Source: Macrostomum lignano
Lineage: Eukaryota
Assembly: GCA_002269645.1 (NCBI GenBank)
Contig: NIVC01000346.1
Span: forward strand, 62,001 to 126,000
Direction: 5' to 3'
DNA: 64,000 nt
The notes under the pieces were generated by a model that saw nothing but the letters and a program-made list of their open reading frames with translations, did no database searches and had not been told where the DNA came from. Numbering within the stretch: position 1 is the first letter of the stretch; each line of letters starts with the position of its first letter. A program made the position numbers and the translations under genes. This document shows positions 24,264-37,200 of this stretch, piece after piece.

Positions 24264-26560
24264 TTAATTATTGTACTTGGACCACTTTATTAATTAGGCT
24301 TGTCAAACTGACCTACTATTGCTAATATTTAGTTGCAACCGCAAATATAGCAATTTTTATAATGGATCTTATTATGCACTTACTTGGGATACGTTAAATT
24401 CAATAGATCTACATTATTTTTTCTTATCGTCCAATTGACCATTTCAAGTCTTAAAGTCCCTTGAATCACCTTAGGCTTAAGCCGTCTGCATACGAACAAA
24501 AAAATCCAAAAAACCTACGCTTAAAATGACCTAATTTATAGAGATACAGTAAAACAAACGCTAAAAATAAACCAACAATAACCGACCGCAGTTGCTAATA
24601 TGATTAGACACTAATAATATTACAAAAAGGAATATGAAATCAGCAGTTCCATAGCCAAGAAAAATAATAAAGAATTCGAGAACGTCACAAACCCGCCCCT
24701 CCTCTGGAGAGGGGACGAGCTTGAATGAGGGATACGAGGGTTGTATAAAAAGTTCTGTGTTTTACACTGAATCACTTGAAAATAATAAACAGCAAAGACG
24801 CAAAACTTCACGCACTTATTCTTAGGCAGATTTTCACTCGAACTATGCACCTCTGCCATTGCCACACGAGCTCCTCTCAATGCTAGCACTCTTTGCCATT
24901 GTTCGTCATAGCTGTGATTCCCAACTTGTATGCCTAAGTTCAGCTCATCCTCCGCGCAGAGACACTGGCCCTGGATGGACACAGAGTGTCTGTCAGCACC
25001 CTCTGCTTCCAATGAGAAGCTGCATTGTCTTAAAACATGGGAAAAACATGTCTTAAAACGATGGGAGTCCCTAGCGTATGCCGCATCATATCGAGGATCT
25101 CAGATGGCGAGCAACCCCTAAAGGTTGCAGAACATGAAACCTGATTAACCGTTCGCTGATCGTTCGTTTACAAAGCTGCCTTGCGCAACGAATTCAACCA
25201 TGGGTGTTGCATGGCAGTATACACTACGCAGGCTAAAAATGATTTTAAAGCGTAAAACTGAAGCTTTAAAACCAAGCAATGCCTCAATATACAGAAAATT
25301 TTGAACAACCCGATACTTACATGTACTTAGATCACTAGATGATATTAGAAGTACGAAGAGGCTTAAAAACGCACGAAAAATATTAAATAAGAGTGTAAAA
25401 GCAGGAAAACATTCATTCAAAATTAGAACTGTGAACTATCGAAGATATTTGGCCGAAATTCCGAAACTCTATAAACTGACAACCAGGTGTAACACCTGCA
25501 TGTCCCTCAGCGAGCTGGAAGCAGACGAACCAACTGACACACACACGCACACACGCACACGCACAGACACAGAATACCCCAACTGCAGACGCAGATACTT
25601 CGGAAAAGATGAAACAGGTAAGAGAAGCACACCTTAGACACTCGAAGCTCACAAAAAGAGCGAAAATAGAGAAAGGTGAGCTCACACGAGCACCAGATCA
25701 GTAACAACTAAGCACAAAACTGCACGAACCATCCACAAGTGAAGGAACTCCGATCTCAAAGCAATGGGCGACGTACAACTTCCAGGGCAAGAACTGCAGA
25801 GCTAAGTCAGGCTACCCAGTGAAGGCTACAAAAAACAAACTAATCTACAGCATTTCACTACACGATTGCTACTACGCTCGTAATTGAGCACTGCACTGCG
25901 GGACTGCATCGCACTGCCAGGGCACTCAACAATGCGCGCAAGGGAAAACACAAAGTTGTGTTTTAAAATGACCAAATTTGGATAAACACGAAAACCAACG
26001 CATGATTGAACTACGAATAGCCGACTGCGTTTGCTAATATAATTAGATAATAAAAACAATACAGAAAGGCAATGCCAATTATCCCAAAACAAGAAAATTA
26101 TAGCAGATAGCAGAGTGAGAGATATTAGGAATTTAGTGCTCAGAAACTGCAAACTCCCAATCTCGCATTCTGCAGCAAACACCAGCCTCCAGCCAAATTG
26201 GCACAATTTGTGAGTGCAGCGGCCTTCAGCTGCTTCAGCTGCCCACGGCGCCTGCTGCATTCAGCAGCTTTCAACACTCCGCTATTGGTCGCCTACGTTG
26301 GGCAAATCCAGGAGCTCATTGGGCAGAGCATGAAAGTTGGTAACGAGCCGTTTTCAACTGAACAAATTAAAGTTTTGGCAGCCTCTCCTACTGGGCCAGT
26401 GAGGATAATTATTTCACAAATAAAAAATCCACGCCTAAGCTGGTGAGTCTGCGACACCCGTATTTGAGTTCCCTGACCAGCTAAAGTCCACTCTAAATCC
26501 TAAACATCACCTCTCACCTGTCCTCGGTCAAATCACGTATTTATTCAGTCGAGTACCGAC

Positions 26561-27647
26561 ATGACTTGCCGGAGAAGCTGCACCTTTGATGTCGTGCTTG
26601 CTGTCTGCTTGACAGCTGCAATGGCTGCAGAAGTCATCAGTTCGGGTGTGCAGTTCTCCGCCGCCAGGACGGGCAGCGCTGTCGCTCCATCGGAGCTTCT
26701 CGCGCCGCCAGAAGACAGCGAGATCAACTGCGGAATCGTGTGCAGCCGCAGATCGAACTGTTTCGGCTTCTACTGGCTGCTCGGCGCGTGTCGGCTGTTC
26801 GACTTGCAGGCGTTTTTCAATGCCAGCGCCTGGGTCAGCATCGGCACGTGCGACGTCTTCGTGCGAGGTGAGTCACCTGATCGCAGTTTCATATAGCGCA
26901 GTCCACAGAAGGGAGGAAGGGAGGCCTTGGCCTGAAAGAATCGCGCTCCTCCAGAAACTTATTAAAAAAGGAAAACAAGTCGTATATATAAGGAGATAAG
27001 ACCCGCCAAGAGACAGGGACGCTCACCAAGAGACAGGGGTGCCCACTAAGAGACAGGGACGCTCACAAAGAGACAGGGGTGCCCATTAAGAAACAGTGTC
27101 CAATAAAACACCAAATGCTGGCACCACTTTGGGTGGCGCCCCTCCAATTAAAATTCCTGTGTACGTCAGTGCGCATCTGCGTACTGTCATCACGTGAGCG
27201 CAATGACAACTTAAGTAACTGCTTGCATGTACCTAACTTACAGATTTTACACCTAATAGACTGCCGATTGCCAGCTGCAGCGAGAGCTCTTCGATAGTGC
27301 ATTGCAGCCGCGCCATCGACGGAAACACGAATCGACGTTATGATCAAAGCTCCTGCACTCACACCCAAAACGGCCTCAGTGAGTGGTGGGAAGGCAGTCT
27401 CTCGGCTCCATCTCTCGTGTCATTCGTCACCATGTACAACAGGCAGGACTGCTGCGCTGAGGCACTAAACAAGTTCGACATCCTTGTGGACGGGTCTGTG
27501 TGCAACCAGGTGAGGCTTGGCGCTCCATTCTCTGTTGCCAACTTCAACTGCAACGCCTTCGGCTCGAAGATCCGCATCTTGAGTCGCAGCAATCCGGGAA
27601 AGCCCGTCACCATCTGCGAGTTCATGGCCTACGGCATCCAAGGTTAG
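26561..27647 (+). CDS. Secreted PAN/Apple + F-type lectin, paralogue 2 (236 aa)
   Basis: Exons 26561-26867 and 27244-27647 (phase 1, G|AT). Highly similar to paralogue 1, but the motif reads H-x26-RQD-CCAE-A. Confidence 0.88.
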
Positions 27648-28529
27648 CGAGGGATTTGAGCACTGTGGTGTCGTTTTTGTTGGGCTCGAGAACTTACATG
27701 TTGTATATTACTGATAACTTACCTGAAGAAAGCAGGTAACTGAAAAGGGACACCTGTCTTTTTACCTTTCAGAGTTTTAGAAAAAGACACGCCGTACCTG
27801 CAGCTTCAAATCTGCTCAGCTAGCCAGCAAAACCAATTTTGAATCTTCAGAGTTGTGCTTAACCATTTCGACAAAAATGTGATTGACTGCGGAAACGAAA
27901 ATTGAGCTGAAAAAAAATCGAAATTAATTAAAGATACTGAAAGAAGAAACATTGCTATATATTGCTTTTAGAAATTTTACCCCATTGCATAAAATTGGCA
28001 AGTTGCAATAAAAATGAAATACTTGTGTGTTTCACCCGCCAGCTACATGTAGATTGAGAAGTTTGAAGCGGCCAACCTTCCCATGGTTTCCCTTCGGCCC
28101 TTGCTATTTACGAGTATATTCACTTTCTGACCAATAAACAAATTTTTGTGGTATTTTCTCTTGCCTATACTAAATTTTTTCTGCAAACCAAAAAAGTCTT
28201 TATTTTTTTATCATGCAAAAATTGAAAGTCTAACATTTTATCTTATTTTTCGTACTACAAATATAAACTAAAAGACCAACCGCTAATGTATATTTTCATT
28301 CAAAGTAACATAATTGCGAGGAAGTAATTTTTCTTTTAATTTGTCCGCCTCTCAGCCACAAAAATTGTTTAAGTATTGTTGTTCAAATTCAAATATTGTC
28401 TTGTCAGCATGCGCAATTCGCGCAGACAGGAAGACAATTAATATTAATATTTACAGTAACAGGATGCATAAACAAGTATATATGCTCGTGAGGAGAGATT
28501 TTTTTCAAACATGAGCAAAGCCAATCATT

Positions 28530-29090
28530 GCTTATCATCGCTCTTCTCTCTCACTGTCTCTACCCTTCTCTCCCCTCTTTCCTCTACTTTTCCCTCTCTC
28601 CCCTTCTCCCCTTCTCTCCCCTTCTCTCCTCGCTCTTCTCTCCCTTCTCTTCTCTTCTCTTCTCTAGTCCCTCTTCTCTCTCTTCTCTTCTCTTCTCTCT
28701 CCTCTCTTCTCTTCTCTTCTCTCCCCTCTCTTCTCTCCTCTCTCTTCTCTTCTCTCCCCTCTCTTCTCTTCTCTCCCCTCTCTTCTCTTCTCTCCCCTCT
28801 CTTCTCTTCTCTCCCCTCTCTTCTCTTCTCTCCCCTCTCTTCTCTTCTCTCCCCTCTCTTCTCTTCTCTCCCCTCTCTCCCCTTCTCTCCTCGCTCTTCT
28901 CTCCCCTCTCTTCTCTTCTCTCCCCTCTCTTCTCTTCTCTCCCCTCTCTTCTCTTCTCTCCCCTCTCTTCTCTTCTCTCCCCTCTCTCCTCTTATCTCCC
29001 CTTTCTCCGGTTCTCCCCCTCTCATCGCTCTTCTCTTCCCTCTTCCTCTACTCCCCTCTCTTCTCTCATCTAGCTCATCTTCTATTCTTT
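28530..29090. repeat. CT-rich repeat, ~20-bp unit CTCTCTTCTCTTCTCTCCCC
   Basis: Directly visible. Confidence 0.95.
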
Positions 29091-29629
29091 CTACTTTCCA
29101 CTCTCATATGGCCTGCAGGCAGCAGCCATGAGTTGGGTTCTCTCTCTCTCGCTCATCAGGTAAAAAATCTTGCTGACCCTAATCTATAGAAATGTTTTGA
29201 CAGTTAGCAAGCAGTTAAGTTAATTGGTGCTTCAATTTGCTTGTGCCCCCCATCATAAAAGCATAAAGTAGACAGTTTATGACCGCCCCATGGGAGGGCC
29301 CAGCCCACACATTTTAATTTCTCTCCTGCGGGTGTTGGCCGCGGTGGAATAACTGGCTCAGTAGCTGGAATAACAACTCTTGAGTGGGGGCGCTCGGACC
29401 CGGACCCTAGTAGTAGGCTGGCGGCGAGGAAAATAGGGAGTCCGTGTGGGACCGGGGGCAAGCACAGATAGATAGAGGCGTTTTTCTTCCCCGAGAGCCC
29501 ACTTATTTCAGTGCGCTCAGTATGAAAAAGTGTATAAATTGATACGTGTTTATTTGAATAATAAAAGGCTGCAATTACAAATTATACAACAAATAAATGA
29601 AACTGAACAAAGTAAAAACGTCAATAAAT

Positions 29630-31792
29630 ATTATACACAAAAAAGGAAAAAGCTCTGCTTAAAATCTGAGCTTCTCTCGTTAAAATGCATTTTAGGTAAA
29701 TCCAGACTGCACGAATCAAGATCCGCGAAGAAAGAGTAGCCGCTGGCTTTCCACAACTGCAAGTCCGACTTGGAAAGGGTCGTAAAATCAGTGGATTCAC
29801 TCACGTAGTCCTGGCAGAGCTCAACAATATTTTGAACTAAATTACCAGAGGTGAGAAGATCAGCAGTTAACAGACCATTATCTCGCAGATGTCCAAACAT
29901 GAAGTGAGATGCCATTAAAAGAAAAAATACGAATTTGCTGGGGCACTTCAGACCGCCTCGGTCACACAGTTGAATCACTGCAAAGTCGTTTAGTCCTCTT
30001 CGGCAATAAACTCCAAGTAATCGTTAGTAAGTAGAAGATTCTTGCAGTCAGTGCACTTCAGCTGGCCAAGGCTATGAAACTGAAGCAGGCTGTTGTCAAA
30101 AATGCAGACCACCGGCTTCATGTGAACCCGATCAAGCAGAGCAAGGCGCAGTCAGTGAGGTGATTTTGCAAGTCCAGAGCACTAAGCCTACTTTTTGGAA
30201 TAAGAGAAATTACTTCCTGGAAGTCTCCCATACAGCGACTTGATCAAAAAAGCGCACACAGTTTTGGCGAGCTCATCGGTTTCTCAGTCAGTGCCAAATA
30301 CCTTGCCTCCGCTGAATTCCATTCGCTTCGACGAAAAAAATTTCGTCGATTGCAAGAAGAACTACCCTCTCAGACTCAGGCAGGCTGTCAATTTTTAGCT
30401 TGAGATAATCTTCGGTAGCCTTGATGTCAGGGTCATTGCTCAATCCGGAAGAAAGCCTCTGCAGATGCCTAACACTTGGGAGGTTGACTGTGTTGGATTT
30501 CCGAGTGAAATTTTACGCTGATGGGCTGTGGTGCTGCAAAAGGTATGAAAAAGCGAGTAGCTCGCTGGAGTATGTTAGCTTCCCCTTCTTCAAACTCGAA
30601 AAGCTTAGCTGCTCGACAAGAAAATTCAGTTTAGCAAAAGCAGCCTCCTCAATGGATTTATTCAGCTCTTGATCACTCTTGACTTCAATCTTAGCTGACA
30701 AGTCGGTGATAGCTTTCGTGACTGCCTCCTGAGCTAGTAAGAGGTTCTCCTCATAAGCATGCCGGCAATCTTCCAAACAGACATTTTTAGCCCATCTAGG
30801 ATGTTTTCAAGTTGGGCAAAGGTTTTAAGACTGCCACTCGATTTTAAGGTTACACTCGATTCAGAGATCACCTTGAAAAAGCACCTTAGATGATCTGGTA
30901 GATCGTATGACCCAATAGCGTGGAAGTCAGAAATCACATCCTTTTGTAGAAGCTCCTCTGCTTCTACCTCGTAATGCTGAATGTCGTGCTCTCAACGGCT
31001 CCAGCCGATGCACAAACCGTTTGCTTCTCTTCCTGGACGGCCTTGCTCAAGTAGGGTGCAACATTCGAGAAGATGCACGGCACAGCATCATTCGAGAAGA
31101 TGCACGGCACAGCATCATTCGAGAAGATGCACGGCACAGCATCATTCGAGAAGATGCACGGCACAGCATCATTCGAGAAGATGCACGGCACAGCATCATT
31201 CGAGAAGATGCACGGCACAGCATCATTCGGGAAGATGCACGGCACAGCATCATTCGAGAAGATGCACGGCACAGCATCATTCGAGAAGATGCACGGCACA
31301 GCATCATTCGAGAAGATGCACGGCACAGCATCATTCGAGAAGATGCACGGCACAGCATCATTCGAGAAGATGCACGGCACAGCATCATTCGAGAAGATGC
31401 ACGGCACAGCATCATTCGGGAAGATGCACGGCACAGCATCATTCGGGAAGATTCACGGCACAGCATCATCTGCCAGACGCTGGTTTTTCAGCTTAGCAGT
31501 AGCAGTCGATGGATCATCAGCTGCCGGCCTTTTGCGATTTGGGTTGGAATCCGCAGAGACAGTCACAAAAAACTTACCTGGAAAATGCAGAGAGCAAACC
31601 CGATAGTTGTGACTTGGGCCAAACCGCAGTACACAGCTCGGCCTCAGTCCATTGTCGAGGAATTGTAGCCATCCACTTGTTCAGCAGATCCAGATTCTCG
31701 ACAGAAGGAAACTTGTGGATGGAAACAGTCGGGCCCTTCTTATACCGAGGCAAATTAGTAACACAAGCTGGAACACAGCACTTGTATTCCAT
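29630..31792 (-). pseudogene. Decayed THAP-domain P-element (THAP9-like) transposase, internally deleted
   Basis: MEYKCCVPAC..IHKFP..W then, after a frameshift near 31605, RVCSLHF..RLADDAVP* (THAP C2CH plus AVPTIF box). Further on: FLVEQL..YSSELL..SPSA*..LPSVRHLQRL, LAIDEI, and after frameshifts EFSGGKVFG, AKTVCAFLIKSL, then the C-terminal DRGGLKCPS. Several stops and frameshifts; most of the catalytic core is missing; no TIR pair or TSD found. Confidence 0.82.
31063..31467 (-). repeat. 27-bp minisatellite, 15 units, each encoding DAVPCIFSN
   Basis: ATTCGAGAAGATGCACGGCACAGCATC period 27 from 31063 to 31467. Confidence 0.97.
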
Positions 31793-32499
31793 GATGCATT
31801 ATGCAAATGTTCGATTAAAAAATAGGGTTTAGAAAATCAGAGAATTGCTTAGAGTGAGTTGACATCAGTTGTCCTTTTGCTGCCTAAATGATATCCTGCA
31901 CGAGAAGATATAGGCAAAATATAAAGAAAGATATGAGTATTCAGTGTACAGTAAACGAAGGACAAAAATGTTTTTCTTCCCAAGTTCACAAAACGAGACT
32001 AAACTCGTAGAGGAGGTGGGGATGGGCCATGTAAGTGTCGCTTCCTGGTTAGCGAAGCGAAACGAAGAGGCTTCCTTGGCCTTGGTGTAACAAAAGCCGT
32101 ATTTAGGTTGGGAGGGGGGATGGCGCCAATGCAACTTTCAGACAATCTTAAATTATTAATGAGAAATTCTATGATCTCTGGGCGTTCTTAGGGCTTCTGC
32201 GTTTTCTGGGGGCGCCAAAATAGCAGCAATTTCTGGAACCGCTTTTAGGGGCGCCAGAATGGCGCTACTATAGGCGAGCCTGTGGGTCACTTTTTGGGGC
32301 TTCGGTTCAAAGCTTCGGCTCCAAGTGAGCGGAATCGCTTCTGTCACACAGGAGTTTTCCGATTCTGTATCAGATGTTTTGCAATCGCCATGGTGCCAGA
32401 ATCCCAGATACAGGCTCAACTATTTGATGCCATCAGCGACACCGACTACCGAAAGCTCACGATTAGCGTCCATGAACTTGGCAATTAACAACGCTGCCA

Positions 32500-32870
32500 A
32501 GGACGGCAAACGGCAAAATCATTCCCTTGGTGGGGAAATTCACAACCTGACTGACTGCGGGTCAGCAATCTATTCTATCCGACATGCATGTGCTGCAAAG
32601 GCTCATCAAGCCTGTCCTGTCATGTCATACTCGCCAGCAGCTGGGAATCATCCCGATGAATGTCCCAAAGCCTACATCACTACTGACGTGCAGCATCAGC
32701 AAACCACCAACGAATGGAGGAGTTCATCAGAGAGTTTTCCACAGTTTTCGACGAGCACATCCACCTCATGTGGGGAGAGAAGTCCGAAATTCAATTGGTG
32801 GACGACACTCGGCCATTAGCGGTTCGGACTCCGCGACGTTTTTAGCACAAAGACCACTAGAAGTTACCGT
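32500..32870 (+). mobile_element. Possible degenerate Ty3/gypsy pol fragment (protease to pre-RT linker)
   Basis: Different frames give LTDCGSAIYSI (resembles the retroviral protease D[TS]GA motif), QQLGIIP and EEFIREFSTVFDEHIHLMWGEKSEIQL..PLAVRTPRRF, which resembles gypsy linker sequence. Needs several frameshifts. Confidence 0.4.
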
Positions 32871-34226
32871 TTTATTAGGACGTAACACTCGTAAACATTG
32901 CAACATTTTTGAAGGCCCGCTTGTTTGTAATGGAGCTAAAATTTAAAGGCTCATATAACTCCAGATCAATTGCACTTGAAATGATCATTTTTGCCAGGCT
33001 GTTAGAATTTCTTTCTTTCTAAGATGAAGCAAGGTTTGGCCCTTTATCTACATTTAGGAGCGGCAGGCGTGAAGCACAGAAATGGTTATACGCAATATTT
33101 CATTGCAGTGAAAATGCAATGATGAAAATGCAAAATGAAAGTTGCAATATTTCAATTGTTATACTGCAACAATTGAAATAGGTTGTAGGTTGTAGGTTGT
33201 AGGTTGTAGGTTGTTTCCCAGTATCGACAAACTGGCAGACCAGAAAATCATAAACTGTACAGCGTTGAATAGGCCGCAAAGAAATCTACGATCGTAAATA
33301 AACTTCACTATCAAAAACAGCATTAAGAAAATCAATATTTCTGAAATATGGACTCCAACATTCAAAATATTTTTTTGCTGTTTAAATGTACAGTAGGAGT
33401 CAAATATCAGTTGGAGTTGATCCTTTTGCAGAAAAACTTACGATTGTGTCTATTGTTTACAACTGAACTGTTGAAGTTAAAACTTCTGCCATGAAAGGAA
33501 GTGTCTCAATGCATTTATTTTGACCCATTTCTATGGAGACACGCTGTAAATACGGACAGTGATCTTTTAATAAATAAACAAAACTAAAAATTAATTCCAT
33601 GAAACAAATTTTGAAAAAATGGTTTAAGCGAGTCAGTTCTTTTACCATTTATTTTAATGAAACATCGAGGTTTCCTGTAGGTAAAAAACTTTCCTTAGCT
33701 AGCTAGTTGTTTAATTGAAACAGCAAAGAAACTTAAGAAAACCTCTGTCAAAATTTGCTTTTCTGTTACTGACAGAAAAGAATATTTTCACCTCCTCTAT
33801 CAGTCAATTTTTTCTGTAAGTTCCCAGTTGCACGACTAATATAGTGCATTGCAAGCTTTATAATTATATATTTTTTAAACACAACGGTTAATATTAAACT
33901 AAATTGTTCAGAACCTCTTGTAGAAATTAGTTTGTAAACTGACCAACAACTATTCATACCACAAAAACCTAGTCCGATTTATTAAAACAATTGTTTTCAA
34001 TATACGGGCATATATGATACAGTTACAGTTGTACGAACTATAAAGTAGATAAAGTGGCATGCAATATTATTATTTCATTCAAATTTTAAACTCAGAAAAA
34101 CAAATCGAAAAATGTCACTTTTACTATCGTTAGTTCTACACATCAGAAAGTTTTCGTTAACCGTGAAAGTTACGCTCGTATAATATAGAAAACATTTCAA
34201 AGTACACATAGTTAAATATCGGACAT

Positions 34227-37200
34227 TCAGACCATTTCCGGTTTGGCATACATCGGCAGGTGATAATAGTTGTAGCTGATGTAGTTCAGGAATCTGGTCT
34301 CTAGCGCCCGTTTCGCACCGCTCCTGGCGTACTCCTCTTTCACCTGGGCTCGTTGAGCAGTGCTCAGCTAAATATTTTGTTATAAATTGTAGAATTATTT
34401 ATTAGCTACTTCAATATATTCAAAATGTATCCCTTTCTTTATCTATTCAGCTATTTAACTAAAGGCAACGGTACCATAAGGCAAGTAATTAATATATTTA
34501 TTGCAATATCATCTTATTTTTACTTTTACTTTTATCTCATGATTGATTCATAAAACTAATCGTTTTTATACGTTCTATACTCAAGAGTTTACCCTTGATT
34601 TGCATTTACTCAAGTATTTTATAAGCATAGATCTTAAAGAATTTCGTAATATTCCTTATAATGCTCATTACAAAGATATTTATTAATTATTATCACATAC
34701 ATTTAATACGATACAATCTGCTCGTCGTTATCATACTACATACTAAAACAAAAAATTAGTCAAATTTCAAAGCCGCACTTACCCCGATTTCGTCTTCCAT
34801 TAGTTTCCTGATTTGTTCTTCAATTGACAGCTTGTCAGGAGCCTTTTGAAATGAAAATTTACAATTAAAGCATTATTAATCAACGGTATTTATTTAATAT
34901 AATAGATAAAAAAGCATCTTAAACGTTAGTAAAGATGAAAATCAAAACAAATTTCAAGTCGTAGCATACTACGCCTATATATACTACGAGTATGTAATTT
35001 CAATATACTACGCAGTATATTGTACATATAAATAAACAACTACTTGATGTACATTTGTAGCAGAGCTGTAGCCAATCATAAGAAACAGAGACTCACCGGC
35101 CTGGTTGACAGAAGGTCTCTTAATTCGTCGCGGAAATCATGGAACCGGTCGTGGTAGAAAGCCAGAGCCCAGGTCTCGTTAAAGAATCTGCAGAGAAACA
35201 AAAAGTATACAATAAATTATCCACGATCGTTTTAATCTGGAAAGCCTAAATGGCATGTAATGCGGACTCACTCGAAGAAATCCGGCACCAGCTTCTCCTT
35301 GAAGCGACTGGCCAAGTTGTTCAACAGGCGCTGGTGCAAGCCGTAAAGTTGAATGTAGTTCTTGTAGGGGAACGGCTGAAATCAACGTTTTTGCACCGAT
35401 TGGATTGGCTGGAAAATGTACTTTAAATTGCGCAATGTAAAGTAAACTGTAGTGCATATTGTAGTTTTATGGAATTACATATCCAACTTGACACTAGAAT
35501 GCACATTATAAATTATGTACGTAAATTGTAAACTGAATGTAATTTTGAAACTTGCATCGAATGATATACTACTACAGTAAAATTTAAAGTGGATATGTAC
35601 ATTACAAGATGTACACTATTTGTGACGAATACATGGAAACGTTCTTTAGAAGATACGCATAAAAGTACAGAGTTTTGACATGGAAAAGTAAACTATAGAT
35701 TGTATATTATAAAGTACCTTGAATTGTTCTCTATAACGTACACTGGAATGTACATCAGAAAGCACATTAATAATGATACTATATAAAGTACACTGTAATG
35801 TACATCAAAAAGTACACTAAAATTTATACTATAAAGTACAATGGAATGTACATCAGAAAGTACATAAATCATTATACTATAAAGTACACTGTAATGTACA
35901 TCAGAAAGTACATTAATCATTATACTATAAAGTACACTGTAATGTACATCAGAAAGTGCGTTAATCATTATACTATAAAGTACACTGTAATGTACATAAA
36001 AAATACAATAAATTGTACACTAAAACGTACTCTATAATGTACACTCCAAATGTACAAAAAGACTCACCTCGCGGCTGAGGCAAGTGATCGAATCAATCTT
36101 GTCGTACTGGTTCAGGTGCAGCCTGAAGTAGCTGCCCTCCTTGGTGCAGGTCTTCAAATAGCGACCCTCGTCGCCAACAGTCGGGTGCAGGTAGTCAGCA
36201 ATGGTGGGGCTGGTCACGTGCAGGTAGTGATAACCGCCCGGCAGTCTGGCGCCGGACAATTTCGGCGTGTGTCCGAACTGGGGGATGAGCTTGGCCGGCT
36301 CCGGTGGCGGCTCGGTGTCCTGGTCCAGAGTGGGGTCGAACAGGCGCAGCAGGGCGTGGGCGAGCTGCGGTTTGATATGTCGATTGGGTGGAATATGGAC
36401 ATTGATGATCTTCCAAATATGAATATTAATAAAATTCTAAATATAAAAATTAATGAGGTTCCAAATATGGAAATTAAAAAGGCTCCAAATATGGAAGTTA
36501 ATGAGGTTCCAAATATGGAAGTTAATGAGTTTCCAAATATGGAAGTTAATGAGTTTCCAAATATGGAAGTTAATGAGGTTTCAAATATGGAAATTATTGA
36601 GGTTCCAAATATGGAAATTAGTAAGGCTCCAAATATGGAAGTTAATGAGGTTCCAAATGTGGAAATTAATGAGGTTCCAAATGTGGAAGCTAATGAGGTT
36701 CCAAATATGGAAATTAATGAGGTTCCAAATGTGGAAGCTAATGAGGTTTCAAATATGGAAATTATTGAGGTTCCAAATATGGAAATTAGTAAGGCTCCAA
36801 ATATGGAAGTTAATGAGGTTCCAAATGTGGAAATTAATGAGGTTCCAAATGTGGAAGCTAATGAGGTTTCAAATATGGAAATTATTGAGGTTCCAAATAT
36901 GGAAATTAGTAAGGCTCCAAATATGGAAGTTAATGAGGTTCCAAATGTGGAAATTAATGAGGTTCCAAATGTGGACATTCATGAGACGCAATGATTGCCC
37001 TTCTTTAACCCCAAGACAGCTTCACAATAAGAAATCAAGAAAAAACTTGAAAAGCTCTCACCTGCTCGCCAACAATTTTGCTATTGAAGCTGGCGTGACT
37101 CCAGTTGTCGGCGTGATAGGCCCGTTGAAATTTGGTGACTGGTCCGGCGGCTCGGATGGCCACGTCGTTCGTGTGAAAGTTGGCGTCAATCACCAGCCGA

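Larger units (their letters stand above)
21290..28490 (+). repeat. Segmental duplication of a ~2-kb lectin locus (about 21290-23330 and 26215-28490)
   Basis: Homology extends beyond the CDS, both upstream (GCATTCAGCAGCTTTCAACA..CGCTATTGGTCGCCTACGTTGGGCAAA, CTG|GTGAGTCTGCG) and downstream (TTTCC..TCGGCCCTTGCT, AAAGACCAAC, AAGACAATTAATATT). Confidence 0.85.

Noticed and set aside
32325-32819. 164-aa ORF as an intact gene
   Set aside because: Better explained as a frameshifted retroelement remnant; there is no coherent domain in a single frame.
33178-33215. (TAGGTTG)n and TTAACCCGA (about 1155) as telomeric relics
   Set aside because: Neither is TTAGGG, and both are very short.
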